In this document: positions 1 to 11,078 of the stretch, in pieces
How the letters are laid out: each line of letters begins with the position of its first letter
Position numbering within the stretch: position 1 is the first letter of the stretch
Origin: the human T2T-CHM13v2.0 reference genome, Homo sapiens
Assembly (NCBI RefSeq): GCF_009914755.1
Contig: NC_060937.1
Strand: one strand, 5' to 3'
DNA: 64,000 nucleotides
The notes under the pieces: generated by a model
Database searches by the model: none
The model's input: the letters and a program-made list of their open reading frames with translations, nothing else
What the model was told of the DNA's origin: nothing
Translations under genes and position numbers: made by a program

Positions 1-1124
1 TTTCTAAATCCTGGTTATTATATCAAAGGTGCTTCAGAGCATCTATTGTCTGTGTGTGGATGATCGTAACTACCCATCATTCCCAGTTTAAAAATTTCTG
101 TTTTCTATTTTTCCTTTGCAGCCCATTCCCACCTCATTAAAATCTAGATGGATTGTGTTTGGTAAAAGCTACGCATATTTTCCTGGCCCTGGCAGTCCCC
201 TTTGCTAAGATCCAGCCCTAGAGATCCTGCTCATATTTTAGATGCATGGAAAAAGGAGGGGTCTGGATGGAGGAACCCAAATAAACAGATGGTTGCCTTG
301 ACAATTTGTAAGAGATTCTTTCATGATCATTTTTCATGGTTTTCTCTTGAAATAAATAGTGAGACTGCGATACAATTTTTAACTCTTTGACCTCCTGCAA
401 ATGGTACCAAGGTTCACAAACTGCATAGAACACCAAAATGCCTCTGCCACAGAGCCACCTTCGGCTTTGACTCCTTCAAGGTCCCATCCTGCATTGCCCT
501 AGGAAATGTTCATAGAGACCTATCTTCAAGGCAGGTCATAGGTGTCCTGGGTGTAAACATGAGTGTGGCATAGCAAGGAGGCTGTGATACTTTGTAGAAG
601 ACAAAGATAGACAATTATTATGATATCAGGCAGGAAATCCTGGGGCAAGAGCATATGGAATGCATGAAATCACAGAGAAAGAGGGAATTCACTCCAAATT
701 GGAGGGTTGGGCAGAGCCCTGGAGGAGGTGAGGTGGTGCTAAGGAGTACTGGGGAGCAGAGTTTAAGCCAAGGAAACTTGAGCCTGACTACAATGACGGA
801 GGGCAGGGGAGGGAAAGGAATTCCAAGTTTAAGGAAGACAAAGAAACAGAACTAATAAAATTGAACATTTTAACATTGACCTGCATGTTTCTACTATGTC
901 AGTTTTTAGGTTGTTTGTATATTTGTTTGTAAATGTACTTTTTATAAAGCATTGACATAGAGGCTCTTGCTCTAAGATAGAAAAATATGGGGCAATTCCA
1001 TTTATATGTCTGAATTTCCTTTTACATTTCCCTATGCCCAGATTCCTTATCCAGGTTATCACACAAGCCTGAAGTTCTACAGGCCTTGTAGATGGAAGGC
1101 TTCCAAATTACAATGCAGTTAGTA

Positions 1125-1375
1125 AAGCGTAGTGGCTTAAGACATAAGCTTTAGAGTTAGATCCGAGTTCATGACCCCTCATAATCACTTCCTGGCTTTA
1201 TGTACACCTGACAGGCTGTGCAACCTCAGAGCCTCATTTACTCATCTGTAAAATGGAGATGATAATAGTGCTTATCTCACAGAGTTTTGTGAGAGTTACG
1301 TGAGATACAGTGCACAAGCCGTTAAGCACAGGGCCGGGCATCTGTTGTCGATCAGGTAGGTAATGCTTATCATTA
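1125..1375 (+). mobile_element. MIR SINE
   Basis: MIR core ctcatctgtaaaatggagatgataatagtg..., ending ttaagcacagggcc. Confidence 0.8.
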
Positions 1376-1569
1376 GTTATTGCTCCAAAACACAGTGTTC
1401 ATAAAGTTTTCTCCAAGGAGACCCACCATTAGGCTTTCCTATGACTTTTCTAAATGTTTGTTGCTACTTCAATGCAAGAAAATATGCCAGGAGTAAAAAT
1501 CACCGCAAACTTTTTTAAATATTGGGAGCCAAAATGTCCCAAATTTCATAAGCCTGTGATGTCATGATT

Positions 1570-1857
1570 TCTTTTCTTTTTTTTTTTTTTTTTTTTTTTT
1601 GAGATGGAGTCTGGCCCTGTTTCTCTGTTGCCTGGGCTGAAGTGTAGTGGCATGATCTCAGCTTACTGCAACCTCTGCCTCCTGGGTTCAAGCAATTCTC
1701 CTGCCTCAGCCTCCTGGGTAGCTAGGATTACAATTTTTAATAGAGACAGGGTTTCACCCTGTTGGCCAGGCTGGTCTCAAACTCCTGACCTCAGGTGATA
1801 CCTGCCTTGGCCTCCCAAAGTGCTGGGATTACAGGCGTGAGTCACCACGCCCAGCCC
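1570..1857 (-). mobile_element. Alu (AluS-like) with internal deletion at the linker
   Basis: Poly-T followed by reverse Alu consensus; degenerate TSD catgatttctttt / catggtttctttt. Confidence 0.95.
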
Positions 1858-2719
1858 ATGGTTTCTTTTTATGCCAAATTACAACAGTCTAAACCTTCAT
1901 TGTATTTGCCTTCAAGTTTAGTCTTTTTTCAGGTATCCAAGCATTTGGGTGAGTCCCTGGAGAATTTTTATTCAGAGGGGACCTCCCTACATGGCCCTTA
2001 GCTTGCTGCCATATTATCAGGACCAGTTTATCTCTCTCAAAATGAATTTCACTGAGTATTTTTCCTCTACCTGGAATTTAGGCCCCAGCCTCTGAAAGCT
2101 CCAAGAGAAGGAGCTGCTTCCTTCTCAGCCTAGCCCAAGGCCCCATGCTGATTTATTCAGTGATTTCTTCAAAGGACATTTTGTCTATGGGAAGGCTCAC
2201 TTCCTTCAAAAGAAATCTCGCTCCCTTCAAGTGGCTCTCAAAAGACAACAAACAGCACCCATTGTTTGTGGTACCTAATTGTCATTGCCAGCTAGAAGGA
2301 ACTAGGGCTCCTAGCAAGGATAGATGACTGCACAACTGGAGGAGGAAATACATAAGATGAGCCTAGGATTTCTTGTGTCAGGAAGCAAGGAAGGTAGACG
2401 AGTGAGTTGTGCTAAAAGGACAGAGGGACCAAAAAGAAGGGCTGCAGGCCAAAAAGGGGATACACTGAGCATCAAAAACCAGTAATTAGTGCAATGGACT
2501 AAAACATATTGTGTATGTCAAAATAAAAACATGAGTTTATAATTTATAATGATGTTTTTAAAAGGTGAGAGGAAACAAACAACAATCTCAACAACAACCT
2601 CATTGGGTACCATTTCCACAGTCTTTATTCAGGAAATTGGCATGTAAAAGATGATTAGGCATTTATCCTGTCCTTCCTGTACAAACTATATTGCAGGAAA
2701 TTAAAATTGCCCTAGTTGT

Positions 2720-3282
2720 ACAAACATATAGTTAGATAGAATAAGTTCTAGTGTTGGATAGCACAGTAGGGTGACTGTAGTTAACAGTAATTTTTTTTTT
2801 TTTTTTCTGAGATGGAGTCTCACTTTTGTCGCCCAGGCTACAGTGCAGTGACACGATCTCGGCTCACGGCAACCTCGGCCTCCAGGGTTCAAGGGATTCT
2901 CCTGCCTCAGCCTCCTGAATAGCTGGGATTACAGGTGCCTGCCACCATGCCTGGCTAATTTTTTTTTTTTTTAGTAGAGATGGGGTTTCACCATGTTGGC
3001 TGGGCTGGTCTCAAACTCCTGACCTCAAAGTGATCTGCCCACCTGGGCCTCCGTAAGTGCTGGGATCATAAGTGTGAGCCACCATGCCTGGCCAACAATA
3101 GTTTATTGTATATTTCAAAATAGCTAGAAGATAAGATTTAGAATGTTCCCAACACAAAGAAATGATAAATGTTTGCAGTGATAGATATCCTAATTACACT
3201 GATTTGATTACTACATATTGTATGCATGTATCAAAATATAACGTACCCCATAAATGTGTACAAATATGTATCAATTTAAAAA
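2720..3282 (+). mobile_element. L1MA 3' end, interrupted by an Alu
   Basis: aataagttctagtgtt...tatatttcaaaatagctagaaga...aacacaaagaaatgataaatgttt is a typical L1MA 3' terminus. Confidence 0.8.
2791..3093 (-). mobile_element. Alu (AluS-like)
   Basis: Full reverse dimer with degenerate TSD aacagtaat/aacaatagt. Confidence 0.95.
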
Positions 3283-4038
3283 TGTATATCAAAGAAGTCA
3301 CCCCAGTTGAAGAAAAATTCTTTTTTTATATAAAAATTCCATCTAATAAATGCAAAAAGACAAAAATAATCAGAACGTTATGTTGCAGTCCCCAGTGAAA
3401 TAATTGATTCAGGTAATAATTATTAACAAATGAAGCCATTATATGAAAGGTTGATGGGGAACTTAACAGTGGAGATGAGGCTATCACATCCTGATCCACT
3501 CTAGCTCACTAAAATTGGAACACCCAGACACAGTGTGCTTCCCGACAGAATGAAACATGAAGCACACAGCATCACCTCTGAGATGTTATCCCCAAAATTG
3601 AACTTGAATCTAACCCAGATTTGAGAGCTAAATTTCACTTAAAAGGATGCAGGAACAGGTGAAGTGACATTACAAAGAAACAAAGAGGCAAATCCAGCAT
3701 GTAGGACATTCTACAGGGCGGCTGACCCAGTTTCTGAACAAGTCAATGGCATGGCAGCAAAAGGAGAGGAGGGGTGGGGATTGCTGTTCATAGGAGACCC
3801 AAGATACTTAAAACCTGATGTAATACATAGACCTAGTTTGGATCCTGATTCAAACAAAGAAACCAGGAAAATTTTTTTTTTAGAAACCAGCAAAATTTTT
3901 TTATGAGCTAGGTATTGGATACCAAGGAATTATTGTCACTTTTATTGTTTTAATGGCATTGTGGTTAGGTAAGAAAATGTTCATAATTTTTAGCAATGCA
4001 TACTACAGCATGTAGGGTTTTGCTTAGAAAATACTTTA

Positions 4039-4365
<327 letters not shown>

Positions 4366-5124
4366 AGAAATACTTTAACAAAGAAAAAAGAAAGACAAGG
4401 GACAAGTGAAAATAAGGTAACAGTCTTGGTAATTGCTGAATTGGGGTGATGGGTATATGAAGAAAAAGTAAAAAAATAGAAGTAAAAAAGGATAGATGAA
4501 ACAAGTGTGCCAACACCTTGATGACGGTTGAACCTGGAAATAGGGATATGAAGACCTTTGGTATTTACCTCTATTTTTCAGTATGTTTGAAATTTTTATA
4601 ACATGTAAAGAAAACAAGGCACAATTCTACAACATGAATACATTTCTCAGAATCTGGGTCATGTGCACTGAGATCATAGTACATGTGCGATTTCACCAAC
4701 ATAGGAAGGACTGGACTACGGAAGTGCCGTGCCCTTCAGTGCCCTCTGTGCCCAAGAAGAGAAGCTGAAAATGGCCTCTCTTTGTGTAGATCCTCCAGTC
4801 TCGTGCTAATCTCCTGTGAGCAACTGGTTAGCAAGGGCTCTCATACATCTCCTAAGAATAAGAAGTAATTTTCTAGTATAGAGCACTCTAAACTCTAATT
4901 TAGAATAAAACTGTTTCCTAAAGGGAACTATCTGCAGGAAGACGACTGAGCTGGAAGAAAGCATTCTTTAAATCAATGTAGGGAGTTTAGTTAGCTTTGC
5001 AGGCCTTCCCACCCCACCTGGCTCTGTCCACAATAGGGCTTTGCTCTGTCTTGATTTAATCCATACCTGCAGCTCAGGAGCTGTTTGCCTCCGGATAAAT
5101 GCAAGCTACCACTTCTCTTTTAGA

Positions 5125-5836
5125 AAAACTGTGATAAAATATAACAAAAGATTCGCCATCTTAACTATTTTTGAGTGTACAGTTTATTGTTAAGTACACA
5201 TGATCCTCAACTTACAACAGGGTTATGACAATGCACTTTCAACTTAACGGTATTTTCAGTTTACGAGGGATTTATCCTGCTTTAGCCCCATTGTAAGTCA
5301 AGGAGTTTTCTGAATGTGTTACGCCATCGTAAAGTGGAACAGTCATAAATGGAACCATCATAAGTGGGGAACAGTCTGTATATTCGCATTGTAGTGCGAA
5401 TCCAGAATTTTTCATCTTCTAAGACTAAAACTCTGTATTCATTCAACAATTCCCTACTTCTCCCTGTCCCCAGCCCTTGGCAGCCACCATTCCACTTTCT
5501 GTCTCTGTGAATTCGACCACTCTAGGTACTTCATATAAGTGGAATCGTACAGTATTTGTCCTTTTGTGACTGGCTTATTTCACTTAACATGATATCCTCA
5601 AGTTTCATTCATCCTAAGACGAATTTAGATGAGTTTGGCTTGTTTTGTAGCACGTGTCAGATTAGTTAGGCATGTTTTGTAGCACCTGTCAGAATTTCCT
5701 TCCTTTTTAAGGCTGACTAATGTTCCACTGCATGCATACACCACATTTTGTTTATCCATTCTTCTGTTGGTGGATGTTCTGGTTGCTTCCACGTTTTGGC
5801 TATTGTGAATAATGCTGCTATGAGCCTGGGGGTATA
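5125..5836 (-). mobile_element. L1MB-like 3' end (reverse), interrupted by a Tigger-type MITE and a templated insertion
   Basis: accattccactttctgtctctgtgaatt...aagtggaatcgtacagtatttgtcc...gtgaataatgctgctatga. Confidence 0.85.
5197..5378. mobile_element. TcMar-Tigger-type non-autonomous DNA transposon (MER47/Tigger5-like)
   Basis: TA flanks at 5195-96 and 5379-80; termini cacatgatcctcaacttac... and ...taagtggggaacagtctg. Confidence 0.7.
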
Positions 5837-7229
5837 CTAAGCCACCACTTTTTGCAACATAAAGTTTTTCTCACAGATTTCAAAAGCCCTAGGAACAGCT
5901 TTCAGCCCAGGTTTGAGCTCAAGGTACTGTGAGCTTCTTTCCCTCTGAGGTCTGCCCAAGCTCACTGCCAAGGAGCATTAGCCCAAGTGAGCAGGAAGGA
6001 GCTCTGGACCTCACAACATCACAGAGCCCAGATGGGGGTCCCTGCCTTTTCCCTGGCACACTTTGTTTTAAAACAGTAAAAATAAAACATGCTCACGAGA
6101 GGGTAAAAAGTGGACATTCACTCCCTCCTGTTTTCCATTCCTTAAGGGTCGGCTGCTATTCCATGAATGTGTGAATCTTTCCAAAGCTTTATTCCAAACA
6201 TATGCAAATGTGTATGTTTGCTTTGTTTTTTTATAAAACTTTGCTTTCTCAGTCAACAATGTATATCATCTTTCCATATAATAGAAAGGCATTGAAAATC
6301 TAAAATATTCCACATTTTTATGCTGTTACCAACGATGCTGAATTGAAGATCCTTATGCATACAAGCTTGTGTATTTATGTGAATATTATTATAGCATAGA
6401 CGTGCAAATGTTGGGTCAAGGTGTGCGTACATTCAATATTTTGATAGGTACAGCCAAGTCGCCTTCCTGAAGGATTATGCTAATTTACCTGTTAGCTTTA
6501 AAGAAAGGTTTCCGTTTATTCTTTCAAGTTTAAGGCAAACATTCCAGTCTGTTCCTATGTGATCACTAAATACTTGCCTTTCTCTGAGCCTATACTACTT
6601 AATTAAAATCTGCTTGGAAAATCTCAGTTAAGTTAGTAAAATCATCTAGTTCTAACAACTATTGTCTGTTTACAGCCTTAGGCAATTTAGTGGGCAAAAC
6701 TGTAATTGTGTATTTCTAAACATGAGAAATTTCAAGATTTCTCCTCTGAGGGGTATCAGGGCATATAAAATCAATCATGTAAATATTTGCTTCTTTTACT
6801 TTCAGGATTACACAAATATATTTTTAAATACCAAGTCTTTTTTGAGAAAACAAAAACAAACATTTGCTCCCTGATTCTTTCCTTTTCTGATTTTTAACTG
6901 TGTGAAAAACTAGAAAGATCAAGTCCTTCAAGGCTTTTATGCCAGTTTGCCTAGGAGAGATACCTGCCCCAAGCCCCAATTTTAATTACTCAAGCCAGTT
7001 GAATGGTGTGTGTATGTCAGCCTAGGCAAGCGACTTCACAGTTATATTTTAAATATGAAGATTTCATCAAAGAAGGCAAAAAAAATTGTTCATGGCATGC
7101 AAATTAGAAAATGAGAAATTGGCGGTTCCCATTAGCAACAAATATTCTGAGAAGAGTTTCATGGGAGGAGAGGCCATATACATCACGTTTATAAATATTT
7201 TTACTTCCCAGAAAAATAGGAGCTAGGAT

Positions 7230-7930
7230 TGCAGCAGAGCCAAGCCCTGGCAGCCCTTTCGGGCGTCCCCAGGCAGTGCCCTGAAGCCCAGGCTCGCCTT
7301 TTGTGCTTCCTGCGTCCGCTCCAGGCGTGTCTGCGCGGTGCGGAGGCGCATCCCCGCCAGGGGAGGGCTGGGAGCGGCCGCGCACCCAGAGGAGAGCAGG
7401 CTGTCCTTTTAGGGAGCCGGCATTGGTAAATGCTCTGTGGTTATGCGACTATTGATTTGCCTCACCCTGAGGACTCCAGTGGCAAAGTGACCCTCCCTCC
7501 TGCCTGTCCCCTCCCTTCCTGGCTCCCGCCCGCCCTCCCTCCCGCAGCAGCAAGATCTGATCGCTGCTGCCCTGCTCTCCTCCTCCTCTCATTCCTCTGC
7601 CTCCTGGATTCCTGAAGTTTAGGAGAAATAAGGTAGCCAAGGGAACCACATGGAAGTTGTGACAGCTCCCAGCGGCGCGCCCCTTTCGTGTGTGCCGGTA
7701 CCTCGGCTTAGGAGTTGCCCGCTGACACCTTGAATGAAGGAGGTCCCCTTGCCAGCCAGCCTGCCGGGATGGGCCATTGCTGCTGCAAGCCTTATAACTG
7801 CCTTCAGTGCCTGGACAAGACGGTACTTTGCCTTCCCTCTCTCTTCTTCCCCCTCCTCCTTTGCAAGGGCAGAGAGAAAGCCGTGAGCCAGCCACCTCGG
7901 TGCCTGTCCCCCTAGCATGCGTGTGCGCTT
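7230..7930 (+). promoter_or_regulatory. MTUS2: CpG-rich internal promoter/5'UTR of the short MTUS2 isoform
   Basis: Abrupt GC/CpG enrichment against AT-rich flanks (gcggccgcgc, gcggcgcgc), GC-box-like cccgcccgccc at about 7525. Contains the first coding exon. TSS cannot be placed from sequence. Confidence 0.75.
7769..7822 (+). CDS. MTUS2: MTUS2 short isoform, coding part of alternative first exon (MGHCCCKPYNCLQCLDKT)
   Basis: ATG in strong Kozak context (gggATGG), 18 codons, then donor ACG|GTACTT (phase 0). Splices in frame to the 18906 exon. Peptide recalled as the N-terminus of the short MTUS2 isoform. Confidence 0.88.
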
Positions 7931-9233
7931 TGTTGGTGAACAGGAGGCTCCCTTTACTCGTTCCAATGTGCTGAATTGTGAGTGGTGTTCACAGAAACAT
8001 TTGGTCTCACATACTCTGCAGTGCCTTACATAATTCTGTATTCCTGCAGTCTCAAATGTAACTGTTGCATTTTCCTGAAATAGTAGGATTCTGCTCCAAC
8101 ATCTTGAAATCAGAACTGCCAAGAGATCTTTGCAATATTCTTAATGCATTTTAATGTACCTGTGAAACCTAAGACGTTCCACTGGGGAATTTAGATTAGT
8201 TAGGCATGTTTTTCTTCGCCAAGTGCTAACTTTGAAAGTTTACCACTCTTTTTTCAAAACAGCACTCATTCTTGTAATTTACATTCTTCACATCAGAGAA
8301 GAAAGCACACAGTATAGTTGTTCTCTCTGTACTTCTTTGCATCACAGAGAGATGAATAAACATAGAAGTGAAAACTTAAAAAGCCAGAGAGAGTCTGAGG
8401 GTGTGTTCAAGTCTTCACAGGAGAAAAATTCACAGCCAGGGAACTGAAAATAGAGTATGCATGAGAATTATATAGCAATTCCAACACAAAGCCTTTCTTT
8501 GCTTTTGACATTTGCCTACTCTTGTGAGCTAGCAGAGGGATTAGGATATGCTTTTAATTTCATTACTAGAAATCTGTTGGCAAGAACTCTTGTCTCTGTG
8601 AGATACTTTATTGTCATGCATATTTGGATTTCTACAAGATGCATGAAATGGGATTTCACAATTGAATTGTTGAAATTGCCTTCTTCCTACTCATGTGGAC
8701 ATCAGCTATCTAGATAGCTTGAGGTATGTGACCAGGAGAAGGAAAATATATGGCTTAATATACATGCTCATCAAAAAGCGGTCACTTGGGAGCATCTTAG
8801 TTACCAGTCTGCTTATGAACTTTGACCTAAAGTAGGGTTACTTACCACCTAGGAAAATTAAACTGATACCTTAAAAGTCACTTACTAGTTTTGCTCTAAT
8901 AGAAATAACTACTTCAGTGGATTTGGCTTTGCTACCATGAGTATGAACTAAAATATTTATATACACATTTATGTGCTTTTAACAAAAAGAAATATAAAGC
9001 ATTTGCGCTCAATTGTCTGCACATCTAACACTGAAGTGATTAAGCCTTTTGCGAAGTGGTCACAAAAGAGTATTGAAGACTTACAACAATAATTACAATA
9101 AAAGGGAAAGATTTGCTACATGTAAAACAGTATTATAAATTTCATATTTCTAAATCCTAATGCAAAAGTTTTAGAAATAGAGGCTGTAATATGGAGGACT
9201 TTTGGTTTGAGAAAGTATGTTTCGAAAGGAGTC

Positions 9234-9279
9234 TGTTTCCCTATTTTGTTTTACATTGTTTCCCTATTTTGTTTTAAAT
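9234..9279. repeat. 23-bp tandem duplication (tgtttccctattttgtttta-cat/aat) x2
   Basis: Two adjacent copies read directly, differing at one base. Confidence 0.9.
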
Positions 9280-10749
9280 CAAGTTCTTGAAAATGATTAT
9301 CCCTATGTCATTCTTGAATTCAGAGATTTTGGAAGATAATTTAATGTTACTTCATCTCTTTAGCAGTATGATGTTTAAGTAACTTTCCAGTGTTTTAGCT
9401 TTGAAACTTCCAGTTCTATACAAATTATTTTTTACTGATGAAAACTTTAAAACTTACACTGCTTTTACCAGCTTTTTCATTATGTTCACACCTACATTTC
9501 TTGTCTTTTCTTTGCTATATTTCAGAATAGTATTCCCATTTGAAGTTTTATACATATATTTTCACAGGTGCTCTTTTAATGAATTGAGGACTTTCTTTTT
9601 AAATTAAAAAACACATTGTTTTATGTAGTTGCCTACTTTGCAGAATAACTTCACAGGCAGTATGCCAAAATCATTTATTTAATTGATAGTTACCTATTGG
9701 GCCAGGTATTGTATACTAGGAGCATGATAGGATTCCATTCCAACTTCAAACTCTAGAAATCAGAATTCCCAAATCCCACAACAAAGTTCTTCAATCTGTT
9801 AATCAACTCTAACAACCCCAATAATGTTGATACACAGTTTAAAAGAGGCCTGGTAAAATTGTTGATAGAGTTGTTTCTGATTACCTTAACCTAGCTTAAT
9901 AAACGTTAAAACAATAAATATCTCCTCAGAACTTCATATAGATCAAAATAGCAAACTTCATTTTGAGAAATCAAAACAATTTAACAGTTTGATCATAGTG
10001 CAGCTAAAGCTGTTCTGAAAAACATGGTGGGACAATTAAAGATACTTTTAAAGTAATCAGTTTCAGAGATCTGACCGAAAACTGAATATCAACTAAAAAT
10101 TATGAATATGAGGATGCTTATTTAGCATTAATTTATTAGGGGAAACTGGAATCTTGCCTAGAGTATATAATGAAAAAAATTAAGTGAACAAATTGTTTAA
10201 AAGTTGTTTGTGCTTATGTATTTCCAACTTATAAAGACCTATCCATTGGAAATATTTATTACTGGTTTACTCTGTGCTTTGTTACTATTGGGACCATCAA
10301 ATAATTCTTAAAAGGCATGGCCGGCCCTTATGTAGTTTACCGATAATTGGTTTGGTTGTATTTCTACCTTTTCCAGAGAACTTATAAGTGGGTAGGCAAC
10401 AATAACACACACAGAACAATTAAACATTAGCACAAGACTGGAGTATAATTAAGTGAAAGTTATGCGGTACTGACCATACCTGTTTCTGGAATTTAGTGAA
10501 AGGAGAAGTCAGGCTAGAACCATAGGCAAGGTTTCTTGGCAAAAGTGGAACATGAATTACCCTTTGAAGAATGGGTGGAATTTTATTAAACTAAAGAGAA
10601 GGAATGTATTCCAAGCAAGGAGCACATAAGGAAAGGTCTTTTAGCCTCATTTTATGAAACATGAGAGGGGCAACCTCATGGTAAACACAGTGGGAGATAT
10701 GGTGCATAGGGAGTGTGGGGAAATTTCCAGCATGAAAGCCAGACCCAGG

Positions 10750-11078
10750 TTTTTTGTTGGTTGATTTGTTTTTTGTTTTGTTTTGTTTGAGATAGGGTCT
10801 CCCTCTGTCACCCAGTCTGGAGTGCAGTGGTGTGATCATGGCTCACTATAAACTTGAACTCCCAGACTCAAACAATCTTCCCACCTCAGCTTCCCAAGTA
10901 GCTGGGACCACAAGTGTGCACTACCACGCTCAGCTATTTTTTTTTTTTTTTTTTTTTTGGCAGAGCTGGGGTCTCGCTATATTGCCCAAGTTTGTCTCAA
11001 ACTTTTTGGCTCAAGTGATCCACCCACCTCGGCCACCCAAAATGTTGGGATAATAGGTGTGAGCCACCATGCCTGGCC
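10750..11078 (-). mobile_element. Alu (AluJ-like)
   Basis: Diverged reverse dimer; TSD agacccaggttttt on both sides. Confidence 0.93.

Noticed and set aside
7104-8122. Long minus-strand ORFs (93, 148, 167 aa) and + ORFs 7229-7429 and 7430-7615
   Set aside because: Expected stop-codon depletion in GC-rich promoter DNA; no recognisable protein features.
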